Positions 42,951 through 57,345 of a stretch of 64,000 bases of DNA are shown one piece after another. The notes under the pieces are model-generated. The model had not been told where the DNA came from, ran no database searches, and was given only the letters and a program-made list of their open reading frames with translations. Each line of letters opens with the position of its first letter. Position 1 is the stretch's first letter. The stretch comes from Eledone cirrhosa (lineage: Eukaryota), in assembly GCA_964016885.1 (NCBI GenBank), contig OZ024741.1:367660001-367724000 (forward strand), given 5' to 3'. A program made the position numbers and the translations under genes.

Positions 42951-45900
42951 TCTATAAAAGGCAGATTTTTGTGTCTCTATCTATGTTTCAATTTTATACA
43001 TTTACACAATTCCAAAAATATTGAATGAATAATTAAGCAGAATGTTTACAAATATTCTAACTTGCGTCATGGGCGAACTTATTGGGTAAAAAATGCCACA
43101 ATTACGGAAAAATCGATTTATTTCAACAATCGAGGATTTCTCCTCTCTCATATGATATACGTTTCCTATATGTACTCCCTTCATCACCTCCCCTTAAAAT
43201 TGCTACCTTCTCTTATAAGTGTTTGTGAAAAAGAGAAACATTGAAAAAAAACATATACACACATATATGTGGGTGCATACACACACATATATGTTGGTAT
43301 GGTTACGATTGACGTCATAGAAACAGGAACGCGGGAATTTCAATCAATCAACGCATACACAGTTTGTTTTAGAAATAACAATAGCATATAATGATAAAGA
43401 GAGATATAATGATAAAGAGGGAGAGAGACAGAAACAAACAGACACACTAAAAGACGGATATATGTGTGTGTGTTTGTATTAGCGCGTTCAAACTCCATTT
43501 CGAAGCTGACTTTCATTTACTAAACTGTAAGTTTTTCAATCGGCCTTACACTTTCAAACTATATTTTTCTGTATAAGTAACTTTAACCCTTTATTTTCGA
43601 CATAAAAATACACACATACATACAAATACCTGTAAAAAAATTTTTGGGGCCTTTCTTATCAATCTTTTTACATTCAATTATCAGCCTTATACTTTCAAAG
43701 TCAATTTTTATGTTGAAGTAACTTTCACCCTTTATTTTTCGATACCCATTTACTTACTAACATTTGTATCACAACAACAATAACAATATTCATAAACAGA
43801 CTGTAGACTTTCAAAGTCAATTTTTCTGTAGAAGTAACTTTCACCCTTTCTTTTGGACATAAAATACCACCTAAACAGAGAAGTCGCCTCAGTCGACATA
43901 CCGCGTCAGCAGTGGCGCAAAAGGCTACTATAGCAAACGAGTCCTCTCAGGAAAATGCTTCAAGACTTTCATAGACAGCCTTACGTTCAGCAGAATGTCG
44001 AGCCGCTGAAAGTTTCCAACAGCGCACCGCACGCCTAGCCAAAATGGCTTCATACCAGGCTTCTTCCAGGGCTTCAGAGAGCCGTGAACAAAGGTCGAAG
44101 CGCCTGGCTAGAAACGATGCGACTAATGTCGCTTCCAGGTCTTTGGAACGTTTAAAACAACGGACGGCTCGCCTTCCTACGAACGCTGCGGCTATGACTA
44201 CTTCCATGGCTTCTGAAGATGCAGACGGGCGGTCCATTAGCATTGCAAATGTTGCTTCTGCTATTGCTGCCAGACCTTCCCACCAACCACACGACCAATG
44301 TTCTACGTTAAAGCGTAACAGTCGACGGCGAGAAGCTGCACGCGGTGTGACGAGCCCCAACAGCCCTTACTGGCACCTACGGGCTTTCAAGTATCAGCAA
44401 AACGTTAATTAGTCGATGCGCTCTGACATAAATATAGGCGAGATGCGCTTCAATTGCCAATTCTGCAATGCTACAAAGTGGGCTGGGGAGCCACCTGCAA
44501 TGTGCTGCTTAAACGGTAAGGTCACCTTACCCCCTCTTCCGGAACCGCCAGAGCCTTTGAAGGAACTGCTGACTGGTTATACCTCAAGGTAAAAAAAAAA
44601 AAACCCTGATCCCTCCAATAAAAAACGCTCCTGGGGGTACCGGAAAAACTTTTGTAACGAATTTGATTCTCGCTAAGATTCGTCAGGAGAAAAAAGTTGC
44701 GTTGTCCGTTGCATCGTCTGGGATCGCTGCTACTTTGCTGCCGGGAGGCAGGACAGCACATTCAACCTTTAAACTCCCTTTGGATTTAGTAAAAACTGAG
44801 ACACCAACATGCAATATCAGCAAGAGTTCAGACAAAGCTCTGGTTCTCAAAAGATGTTGCCTCATTGTTTGGGATGAGTGCACAATGGCACACAAGGGTG
44901 CCCTTGAGGCATTGGACAGGGCCCGGAAAGACATTAGGGATTCTACGGCTCCTATGGGTGGCGTAACCCTTCTGCTATCAGGGGATTTTCGGAAAACGCT
45001 GCCTGTCATCCCCAAATGGACAAGAGCTGATGAAGTGCGTGGCTGTCTTAAGTCGTCCATGTTGTGGCTCCAGGTGAATAGTTTGTACCTGAGCACAAAT
45101 ATGCGTGTTCATTTGCATGGTGACAACATGTCTGCAGCACAGAACATTTTAGCACTTGGTGAGGGCAAGATCCCTGCGGATGACAAGGGCGGCATAGCAA
45201 TCGACACCCTGTGCAACATTGTGAGCAGCCCTTCTGACCTTTGGGAAACAGTTTTTCCTAATGTCTCATCTAACTTTAAAAACCTCGATTGGCTCAGCGA
45301 AAGAGCCATCGTTGCTCCGAAAAATACCATGGTTAATTTTATTAACGAGCAGCTGATTGAGAAGATTCTCGGTAAAGAGCACATCTTCAAATCAGACCCC
45401 GACGATATCGTTAATTACCCGGTTGAGTTATTAAATCTCCTTCAGCCCCCAGGGCTCCCACCTCACATTATTAAGCTTAGGGTTGGCTGTCCCATTATGC
45501 TAATAAGGAACTTGCGTCCACCAAAGCAGTGCAACGGTACTCGCATGGTCGTCAAGTCACTGACACCCACTTGATTGAGGCCACCATTGTAACGGGGTGC
45601 GGAAGAGGGGAGAATGTTTTCATTCCAAGGATGAACCTTTTCCCCTCGGCGTCAGATATCCCGTTCGATTTCCGGCAATCCCAATTCCCGGTGAGACCAT
45701 GTTTTGCCATGTCCATTAACAAGTCACAAGGGCAAACATTGTCGGTGGCGGGCATCCATTTGGGGGAGCCATGCTTCTCCCATGGCCAACTTTATGTTGC
45801 CTGTTCCCGCGCAGGGAGCAGGAATGGACTTTTTGCTTACTCTCCTCAAGGGATGACACGCAATATCGTCTACAAAGAGGTGCTATAGATGTTGGTGCAG

Positions 45901-46202
45901 GTGTTGGAGCTATGCCGTCTGGAACACTATTTCCTGGTAGGGTATCCCATGGCAGACAGATCTGACACCCAGCGGAATCAGGGCCACCATCTTGCAACTT
46001 TGGTCTACTAAATTCGCTATTGGAAGATTATTAACCCATCATTGATTGACCAAAATGCTAATTGGTTCGTAACTTTTAATAACCAGTTCAACTGCTTTAT
46101 GTACTTAATTGATAAGCTTATTCGCTTTCAAACCACGTTTACCTGTATGTAACTTTTCATAGCAAATGAACAAACCCGAGCAACGCCGGGCTAAACTGCT
46201 AG
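42951..46202 (+). mobile_element. Internally deleted Helitron
   Basis: A|TC start (tctataaaaggcag), N-terminal E..EQR..RL repeats and Zn-finger (CQFCNATKWAGEPPAMCC.NGKV), PIF1 helicase, 3' cccgagcaacgccggg hairpin and CTAG|T. Confidence 0.88.
44625..45888 (+). pseudogene. Helitron PIF1-like SF1 helicase (frameshifted)
   Basis: APGGTGKT, ASSGIAATLLPGGRTAHS, VWDECTM, SGDFRKTLPV, CNGTR, FAMSINKSQGQT, FSHGQLYVACSR. Confidence 0.93.
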
Positions 46203-46559
46203 TATATATATATAATTTTAAAAAAAACAATTAATGTTATTGGGTTCACGCTTAGATGAAAGATAGAAAAAAGACTTTAGCCCTTCGTCAGGAAAGTACA
46301 GTTAGAAAGATAGAAAAAAAATGGTAGTTGAGCTCTTGCTGTTTCAACGACGAATGGATAACTGTTATTCATTCGCCGTTGAAACGGCAAGAGTTCTGCC
46401 GTCGAGCACTAACTCCTTACAATACCTACACTCTACTTTCCACAGCGTCGAGTACTTAGCTAAACAATGAATGGTCTTACTAGTCTTGACTGGTAACCCC
46501 AATCAATCACTAAATCAGTCAATCAATCAATATATTTTATATATATAAATTTTTTCTTT

Positions 46560-46842
46560 TTTTTTTGGGGGGGGGGAGTCATGCCCTTTTCACTGACAAC
46601 ATACCTAATGATTCTTCCAAGTGCGAAGCATTATATATGCTGACTGTAATAGGGAGCAGTATTTAAAAAATCAGCACTGGGCAAAACTAATAATATCTTA
46701 ATCTACATGATTTGCTTTAAACAAACGGCAATAAATATTCTGGTATAATTCCTACTTTAGTTAAAATTCAGCAATCATATTTCAATGGTCACATATTGTA
46801 ACTTTAATAGAATACCCGGGAATCAACGGGTAGCTCAGCTAG
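46560..46842 (+). mobile_element. Helitron 3' end fragment
   Basis: acccgggaatcaacgggt hairpin followed by CTAG|T. The 5' limit is uncertain. Confidence 0.55.
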
Positions 46843-46854
46843 TATATATATATA

Positions 46855-47624
46855 TACAAGTATAAATTAGCGAGAATCGTATTTCGGCTTTGGAATTAGC
46901 GAAAAACAACTTCCGAGATGTGTGGCAAGCGCTCAATAATTCTGACGAACCAGAGCTACAACATACGTTAAAGGCCAAACACACTGAGACGATGGTTAAA
47001 CCGTCATCCGCACAACCATAGAAATGACCAAGTAATTCGGGTCAAACAAATAAAAAAATATGTGATTGAAAAAAATTACCTGGACCCCTGGATGGTTGCT
47101 AAAATCCAGCATTTGGGTTTCTGCGACTCCTAAATCAAGTACTGTCCGCTTAGACAAATAATGTTAGGCTTCTGGTAAGATGATTGAACAAGGAAGTCAC
47201 TTTCTCAACAGTTTTTAGTTCAAGTGCCAGCAAGGAATGACCGTTACCGATACCCACGTGGGGCTCGACAAGGGAGGCAACCCTTATTTTTGGCGGATGA
47301 AATTCAGTATGTGTATATTATTGCAAAAATGCAAAATATTACAAAACGAATTAAGCTCTCAACAGAATGGTTATAAGTTAACAAAAGCTATTCATCAGTC
47401 AATAGAATCAACTAAAAAAATCAAGAAAATTAACTGGTCAATAGTTAGACTCTGGAGATTAATACAAGTATAAATTAGCGAGAATCGTATTTCGGCTTTG
47501 GAATTAGCGAAAAACAACTTCCGAGATGTGTGGCAAGCGCTCAATAATTCTGACGAACCAGAGCTACAACATACGTTAAAGGCCAAACACACTGAGACGA
47601 TGGTTAAACCGTCATCCGCACAAC
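46855..47624 (-). mobile_element. Non-coding element with 162-bp terminal direct repeats between TA runs (pLTR-like)
   Basis: 46855-47016 equals 47463-47624 (period 608). A related terminus lies on the plus strand at about 53060-53188 next to (TA)n. Confidence 0.8.
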
Positions 47625-47832
47625 TATATATAACGAAGGAAATGTGGTAAGGAACCAAAATGGACCATAACGCACCAAAGTACTCAATACTTAGGGTAGT
47701 AGAGTGGGTAATATGAACAAGTATGACCCCGACGGCAGAGCTCAAGCCGTTTTCAGTCCAGAATTAGCCGTCGAAACGGCTTGAGCTCTGCCGTCGGGGT
47801 CATACTTGTTCCTATATATATATATGTATATG

Positions 47833-48981
<1,149 letters not shown>

Positions 48982-49294
48982 GCAGCTAAGACCGTTGATT
49001 ACCCCGACTTAAACCTAAATACCTCCCAGATTATATTAAAACCAATTTCGAAACCAAGCAACCTTAAGCCATATATCTACACTCGACCTCAGATACTCAA
49101 ACAATGCTACTAAATCACGCGCGTTCTTCCATCTATGTCCCCTACCTCCCGGTAAAACAACGACCGACTCGCACTGGTATAAGGAAGATATTCGTCTCCA
49201 GTCTGTAGCCGTCGTCTTACGTAGTTTCTACATGCGTGTAATAATAATCTGCAGCAACTTTCCTTTTCTTCACCTCTATCTGTCTCTGTCTCTC

Positions 49295-49341
<47 letters not shown>

Positions 49342-49344
<3 letters not shown>

Positions 49345-49392
49345 TTCTACAGGATTAGAACTGTTTCATTCTTTAGAAATCATCAGGAATCT
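49342..49392 (-). ncRNA. Type I hammerhead ribozyme (left member of a divergent pair)
   Basis: Mirror image of 49416-49466 with one loop substitution. Confidence 0.8.
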
Positions 49393-49415
49393 GGTAGGAG
49401 AGGGTGGGAAAAGCC

Positions 49416-49466
49416 AGATTCCTGATGATTTCTAAAGAATGAAACAGTTCTAGTCCTGTAGAATCT
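49416..49466 (+). ncRNA. Type I hammerhead ribozyme (right member of a divergent pair)
   Basis: agattc-CTGATGA-tttc-taaa-gaat-GAAA-CAG-ttctagtc-CTG-TA-gaatct. Confidence 0.8.
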
Positions 49467-49563
49467 CATCTATATTAAAACTGTTATACTCTGCTATGTA
49501 TTGAGTACCTTACTTACTGTGGTTACCTCCGATTCAACCCGGAATAACTTACCTATATATATA

Positions 49564-49612
<49 letters not shown>

Positions 49613-49753
49613 CCAAAAGTTTAACAAGGTTCATTGATTAATCAATGAATAAAGTTTTACAATAGATTAGAAGCATTCAACAGCTAGGTTTTCTGGAGTT
49701 ATTAATATTACTTCAAAATATTAATAAATATAGACATTCATGTGATCAAATAT

Positions 49754-49817
49754 ATTTTATTATACATATTTCAGAGGTACTGAGCTATTTCAGAGGTACG
49801 TCCTCATCAGATAAAAT
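49754..49817 (-). ncRNA. Type I hammerhead ribozyme within a fold-back (arms about 49706-49776 and 49835-49905)
   Basis: attttat-CTGATGA-ggacgtac...gtacctct-GAAA-TATGTAT-A-ataaaat. Confidence 0.78.
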
Positions 49818-49902
49818 AAATTGATGTCTGACATCTCTGAAATATATATAATAAAATATATTTGATCACATGAATGTCTATATTTATTATTATTTTGAAG
49901 TA

Positions 49903-49934
<32 letters not shown>

Positions 49935-50272
49935 GTGTGTAACAGTAATGTGTATAGCCAAAGTTGCAGCTGCACTATAGCAGATGTCAGTCGAAATAAG
50001 AGGTAGTTATGAAGCACTCAATGAGTGAGGAATTGATATATTTCCACCAAAGACCATACAGTTGTATCATAGACATAACAATCTTTCCTGTGCATTAGGT
50101 AAAACGTGTGATCGTAAGCGAGACCCCAGGCCTGAATGAAAGGTCAGTCGCTCTGCTTCAGTACTGAATTTGTCTATGTAGACGCCTCCAGCCCTGTCTA
50201 ACAGGGAAAGCGGAGGTTAAAACGACGACGATAATGACAACTACGACGACAACTACGACGGCGACTCTCCTA

Positions 50273-50890
50273 TGTTTTACCGGCGAAGATTCGAAACTGA
50301 ATCTGAGGTTTCTCGCCTCTGGGACCATCTATCGTTGGAGGTTCCCACCATTGTCTTGTCAAAAGACAACGATGATTAACGTATATACCACTTGACCTGT
50401 GACCGCAGCTTGTAGACAGGGGAAACAGATGGCTGCCCATAAATCAACTAATATACACATCCTTCTAGCTATAAGGTTATTATAAATAAGGACTTAGGGA
50501 ACCCAACAGAGACCCGAAGCAGCAGTCAGTGAGAGATAATCATGTAGGCATCAGCAGACCTTTTACCCTTTCTCTCTCCTGGCCCTTACTGGTTCTCACC
50601 TTATCAGACACAGACAGACAGACAGCCAGACATGAAGCAGCAGTCCTTGAATAGACACACACACACAGTAAGTTCATATTGTTTACATTCTACGCTCATT
50701 CTATTCTTCCGTCTCACTGTGATATTGTAACGTCGAATTGATACATGCATGCACGTTAGCTCGAAGTAGCTAGCCAGCAAATTAATGTAGGGATAAATTG
50801 TGGCACACATATTGTTATTGTAAAATAAACATTGTCAACATCATAATTATGGTATTATTCTTTTCATCAAACACCCATCAAAGAATAACA
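50273..50890 (+). mobile_element. Solo-LTR-like repeat
   Basis: TG...CA, tataaata near 50481, AATAAA near 50824; paralog of 843-1539. Confidence 0.65.
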
Positions 50891-51206
50891 TTTATCCGCT
50901 ACATATATATATATATCAACAGTCGATTGACTTTCGTCGAATCGGACCGAGGAAACATTGTTTCCGTTGGTCATTCCAATTGCTAATACTATCTATCGGT
51001 CGCAACTCCAGGTAGAAGGAGCAACGTGAAATAAAGTGTCTTGCTCAAGTACATAACGCATCACCCGGTCCAGGAATCGAACTCACAACCTCACGATGGA
51101 GAATCCAATTCTCTACCCACTCAGCTTATATACTCCGTTATGCATTGAATACCTTACTGATTGTGGTCACGCACGCACGCACGCACGCGCGCTCGCGCAC
51201 ACGCGC

Positions 51207-51291
<85 letters not shown>

Positions 51292-51442
51292 CTTCTATTT
51301 TCTAATTTCAAATTTGCTCGCTGTTTCAAAACATACTTACTTGATATATATATATATATTAAGTAAGTATGTTTTGAAACAGCGAGCAAGTTTGAAATTA
51401 GAAAATATAAGCTTTCGCCGTATTTTTTTACTAAAGAAATTT

Positions 51443-52468
51443 TAGGCGAATTACCCGCGTCTTACTGCGTTCACACATTTTTTTTTGTAAGAAAATCAGT
51501 GATATAATTTATGGAGAAAAACTCTGCATTTCAATATTACTCAATGTAAAATATAATGCATGAAAAATTGGAAAACATTATTTTTTGTAATATATCAAAT
51601 CAAAATTATATTATTAAATCTTATTCTTATTTTGTTTCTTGTAAATAATTTTTTCAAAATATCAATTCAAAACTTGATCATTTCATTTTTGTGTAAAGCA
51701 TTATTTTCAAATTAGAAATTCAAAGTTTAATTATTTATTTTTTAACATAATAAATACATGAAAATATATTTCATACTTTGTCCTAATGAAGAACTTCAGG
51801 GTAAACAACATTTCTTGTCTTCCTTTGATTGGCTAAAATGTAGAGATTTTTTGAAGTTCCAGTCCTTGAAACAGCCACATAAAACATGCCACGACTGAAA
51901 CATGGGTTTGTCAGATCTATACCAATAGTTTTGCAAGTTTGACGCTGACTCTTATTGATGCTCATGGCAAAGCAAGGCCTCACTGGGAACTGCAGCCTCT
52001 TAAATGTAAAAGGCAATTCGCTATCACTTGGTATAAGTGGAATCCTCGGAATGAGAAGAGCTTGACCTTTGTAAGCCCCGAATATAATGGTTGCTTCAAT
52101 CAAGTTCTCATGCAATCTTGTTACAACACATCTTGTTCCATTTATTGACCAAAATCTTCACTATATGGGGTTTAACCCCCATTAGGGTGTCTTAATATTA
52201 TTGAAATTTGCTGAAATTTTGTGAATAGGCATCATATCTTGTCAGTTTCCTATGGTTTAAATTTCATATAAATCAAAGGGAAAAAAATTTCAGCGGGGGT
52301 TTGTGCCCGCGGGGAACCCTTTCATTAAAATGAAATATACTTATCCAAGTACCCAAGGCGATGTAGTTTCAGAATATATATGGTTATGGGGGTCTATCTC
52401 CAAAACCATAGGAGGAGTTCGTGAACAAACAAACAAACAAATAGACAGGAACTACAACTTTATATAGA
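51443..52468 (-). mobile_element. Non-autonomous Helitron with helicase C-terminus (ORF 51783..52115)
   Basis: IPRIPLIPSD...FKRLQFPVRPCFAMSINKSQ...FYVAVSR...TRNVVYPEVL. TC start and (TTTG)n near the 5' end. Confidence 0.8.
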
Positions 52469-52589
52469 TGTATGTATATGTATATATAGTTCGGAATATC
52501 AGAAAATAAAAAACAGACAAACGCAGGCGTAAATGTTGCAAATATTATTAGTTTCACGCTTAGTGAAAGTGAGGGTGGTGTGGTGTGGT

Positions 52590-52625
52590 GGCGACGTTTC
52601 GGGCATAAGCCCTTCATCAGGAGAG
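52590..52625 (-). ncRNA. Minimal PLE-type hammerhead core
   Basis: CTGATGA-a-GGGC-ttat-GCCC-GAAA-C-GTC. Stem I is not evident. Confidence 0.65.
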
Positions 52626-52791
52626 TGGGGGGGGCGGACTCCGAGAAGGAGTGAGCGAGAAAAAAGAGATAAAAATAAAACATGAAGTGGAAAATAAAGG
52701 TTAAAATAAAAGTAATTAAAAATGAGAGGGGTGTGTGGATCGGAGAGGGCACGGATACATATAGATATATGTATATATAAATAAATATATA

Positions 52792-52891
<100 letters not shown>

Positions 52892-53184
52892 GAAAGTGCT
52901 CAAACGCAGAATATAAACTATCTTTATAGCATTTCAGCGCTTGAGCAATTTCTTGGGTCCAGGTTTTTATCATTTATTTTGTTTGACCTGTTTAGCTTGA
53001 TTTGTTTTGGGGGGGCTTAGGTGGTTAATGCCTTCTTAACCACTTTTTCAGTTTGTATGGCGTTTTAACATATTGTTTAGCTCTGTTTTTTTTTAACTAT
53101 TGAGCGCTTGCCAGCATTTCTACGATTTTGCGTTTCGTTTCGCTTTTTCTATCAGCCGAAATACGATTCTCGCTGAATTATATT

Positions 53185-53221
<37 letters not shown>

Positions 53222-53326
53222 CATATATTCTCAGCGCTTCAAAAGTCGAAAATCCGGCTTCGTACATTGTTTGTTTACACACGAATGTCCGTCTGTTGAA
53301 AGTTGTTGTCCAGTTATATAGTTAAA

Positions 53327-54331
53327 CCAGTTGAATTACCCGGCGTTGCCCGGGTTACTACTGTTCTTATTCATATTAGTAAACAATAAATATGAAGATA
53401 TGATTTTTTTTTCTCATAATTATTTCAAAATATCTATATTTCATTTTTTTTTAAATCAAAAATGCCATGATAATAGGAATTAGAAATGAAAATCTGTCAA
53501 TCTTGAAGCACCTTAGGTACCTAATGAACGCGCAAACACATATACACACTCACAGACACATACATATTCATATACAAAATGTGCCGTCCTATTGTTTTAA
53601 TCCAAATGAAAATAAAAATTATCACACATACACTCACACACACATACACTCTCACACACTCTCACATACACTCACATACATATACTAAGACAGACACACA
53701 GACATACAATCACGCACACCTGTCTGTCATCACATATGTATCTGTATGTGTAGATGTGTGTGTGTTTAATTGTCTGTGTGCACACTCATATACAAAATGT
53801 GACTTCGTGGTGGTGGTTTACTATAGTTGACTAAAGAAAATATCGGTATGTCAGTCAACACACATACACTCTCACATACATTCACACACACATACACCCT
53901 AACATACATTCACATGCATATACTAAGACAGACACATACGCATACAAAATGTGACGTCTACACTCACACACATTATGTGTATGTATGTGTAGATGTATGT
54001 GTGTTTAATTCTCTGAGGCCTAACATATATAACAAACGCACAAACACACACACACTCACAGACACATACACACTCATATACAAAATGTGAGTCGGCATTG
54101 TCGTAGTCGTGGTGGTGGTTTACTATAGTTGACTATAAAAATATTATTTTAGATAAAATCTTATATTGTTTTAATCCAAATGAAAATAAAAATTACATGT
54201 TGACACTCCCGGGTCTAATACTATTACCTTGTAAAATTTGATTTGATTTGGTCCAGCCGTTTGAGAATTCATAAGAACAGACAGACAGGTAGTCAGAGAG
54301 AGAGACAAATACTGTTATATATAGAGAGAGA
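53327..54331 (-). mobile_element. Non-autonomous Helitron
   Basis: Minus-strand 3' end cccgggcaacgccggg...CTGG|T; 5' TC and ctgtctgt microsatellite. Confidence 0.7.
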
Positions 54332-54517
54332 TTGGCGGGAAGAAATTTGTCATTGGTTCCTTAGCTTAAAGGTTAAAGCGTCTAGCCGATTTTTGGAAGA
54401 TATGTGCTTCAATTCCTTAAGCAGTCGTTGGCAAATTCTTTTTTCGTCTTTTAAAGATCTTCACCCTATTTTATATGCTATATTTATAGCATTTCTGCGC
54501 TTGAGCACTTTCTCTAT

Positions 54518-54593
<76 letters not shown>

Positions 54594-54595
<2 letters not shown>

Positions 54596-55502
54596 AGCAT
54601 GGACGCCAGTATAAAGTTCAGCATGGAACACCCCGATGACCCCGGATCCCTATCCATACTGGACTTCTAGCTCAGGGTAACAGAGGAAGGCAACATCCAC
54701 ACCTGCTTCTATAAGAAAAAAAGCCGCCAGCAGGGACCTGTTCGTACATTTTAGATCGGCCCTCCCAGCCGGCGCTAAGTTCGGATACATAAGGAACGAA
54801 CTGGCACGTATCCGGAACAAATGCACCGACGCTAGAGACCGAGACACACACACCAGACATTTCTTGGAAGTACTCAAACTGAACAGATACACGACATCCA
54901 CCACAAACCGTGCCAGAAAGAACAGAGGACACCACACCCGAGGCACTAACACTTGCTTCCTGAAGCTCCCACACTTCAGTGACGAAACAACAACAGCCAT
55001 CAGCAGAGCTATCAGACGAGAGGGACTAGATATCCAACTGGCCCACTCAGGTCCTTCTCTACGCGGACAGCTAACGAAAAGACACTCCACCAGTCATGAC
55101 AACCGCTGCAGGCTAGCCAACTGCCCCATCAACGACACAGACCTATGCCACCAGGCTTACGTCGTATACAGACTAGAGTGCGACAAATGCAGCAACTTCT
55201 ACGTAGGTAGCACCACCAGACCACCCCACATAAGAATAAAAGAACACCGCAATACTAACGCTTCCTCATTTAAGAAACACCTAGTTAAATGCAAAAACAC
55301 CGACAAAACCATAACAGTTAGGATAGAAACTAAGGAAAGAACCCTCGGCAATCTTAGAATTAAGGAAGCACTAATTATAGACAAAACACAACCACCAATC
55401 AATAATAGACTAGAACTCAACACCCAATTTATAACTTGATAGAGCATCTAGCCCCATACTTACACCCCCCCCCCCTCCCACACACACGCACACACACACA
55501 CG

Positions 55503-55533
<31 letters not shown>

Positions 55534-56000
55534 GCGCTTATACCTCCACTTATTCTCTCTCACACACACACATACACACACAAATACCAGTTCTAACACG
55601 AGAGAACATCTATCCTCCACATTTACGTATAGACATATCTTCTCACACTCACACACACACACATACTTACACCTTCACGCATTCTCCCACACACTTAAAC
55701 AGGCACGTACAAAAAACCTCTTTTAAAGGGAGACTACTCTTTATCCACCTAACCTTAACTCTTTGACATTAGAGATAGAACAGATACCCTATACCATTTC
55801 CTGTCAGCATGACTTGGCAAGCTATTTAGAACACTGGTTTAACCGCTTTACTTCCCGTCGAAGAAGAGATATTATCTCGAAAATTAAGGACATTTAAATA
55901 AATCTAAGGTAAAAGACTAATTGTCAACAATATCTTTTGCATTTGCATTCTTTATTCTATGTCCATACCTGCATTGTCTTGGCTCTACAAATACAAACGT
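54594..56000 (+). mobile_element. 5'-truncated Penelope-like element between two (TA)n tracts
   Basis: RT thumb (IKFSME...LSILDF...FYKK...VHFRSALP), then ORF to 55439 with VVYRLECDKCSNFYVGSTTR...RIKEH...KEALII...PPINNR. Degenerate hammerhead at about 55853-55890. Confidence 0.88.
54864..55439 (+). pseudogene. PLE GIY-YIG endonuclease domain
   Basis: VVY...YVG motif, catalytic R and E, Cys/His zinc ligands. Confidence 0.88.
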
Positions 56001-56051
56001 TTATATATATATATATATAAACAATATACGAAACGCTTTTGAAAACGCTAA

Positions 56052-56121
<70 letters not shown>

Positions 56122-56150
56122 TTAGCGTTTTCAAAAGCGTTTCGTATATT

Positions 56151-56207
<57 letters not shown>

Positions 56208-56231
56208 GGTCGATGTCTTCAACACATAAAT

Positions 56232-56313
56232 GTTGCTACCTCCGGTTTCAAAGCCGCATATATGCTAGATTGGACTTTGGGGCAGACACATGCAACGCTA
56301 TCTTTCAGGCAAC
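56232..56313 (-). ncRNA. Type I hammerhead ribozyme with a 1-nt core insertion
   Basis: gttgc-CTGAAAGA-long imperfect stem II-GAAA-CC-gga-GG-TA-gcaac. About 30 nt from (TA)n, within a remnant 56204-57182 bounded by (TA)n. Confidence 0.65.
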
Positions 56314-57176
56314 TGTAAACAAAGATGGCCGATGTTATTAACGTGCGATCTCGTTAGGCTCGGGGGGGGGGATAACCCTGTGTCTTAATTAGCTTTTTGT
56401 TTTCCTAATCGGCTATTAATTAAAATGTATTCCTAAGTCGGGGGGGGGGGGGGGGGGGCTGTTACTAATATGGTGTATCATGATGTATATTAGAGTCAAA
56501 TACTGATTATGTGTGTATCTACTAGTTTGTGTAGACTTTTATGCGTATTTTGGTGTGAATTTCTCTAATATTGGTTGTTAATCGTAGTCATCTGTCAATG
56601 TTTGTATGGGATACATATTATATATGTGCGTTTGTATGCAACCACACATATCCTGGTTTTGTAGGTTTGTGATAATATTGGCCCATGCCATAAATATAAA
56701 TTGACTAACGAGATGGGACTATCCGTCTTTCTGTTGATTTTTTTCCATTCTTTGTCCTGTGCGCTCCCTATTTTGAATTTATATTCTAAAGACTCAGCCA
56801 TGCAGACGTTTTATAAAATTATCGTATAATACACATCACACCACTCGGCCTGTCTTTCCCTATTCTCCCTTACCTTTTCTACACCTCAGTGTCCTTCTTT
56901 CTCTGCAAGTTGGACAACAGTCCTTACTCTCTTCTATTTTACTATTTCTCTCCTTTCTATATTTTTCTCCTTTGGCTAAACCCTTGCGTAATCTATATTT
57001 GTGTAATTTGTCCAATGGCATAAGTTGTCTCTTCTTGTTTCGTTATGTCCAAATGTGCAATGGAATGAATGGTATAGACCTTAATGAACCAAAACCCTAG
57101 TGATTTCTATAGGTTGACTGAGGAGATGGGACTGCCGTCTTTCCGTTGTTATTTTTTCCATTGTCTTTGTCCTATT

Positions 57177-57230
<54 letters not shown>

Positions 57231-57289
57231 CGGTTGCGTAAAAGTATCGGTTTGTTGTGGTTGATTGCTTGTTTAGTTACTTGATTCAT

Positions 57290-57345
<56 letters not shown>

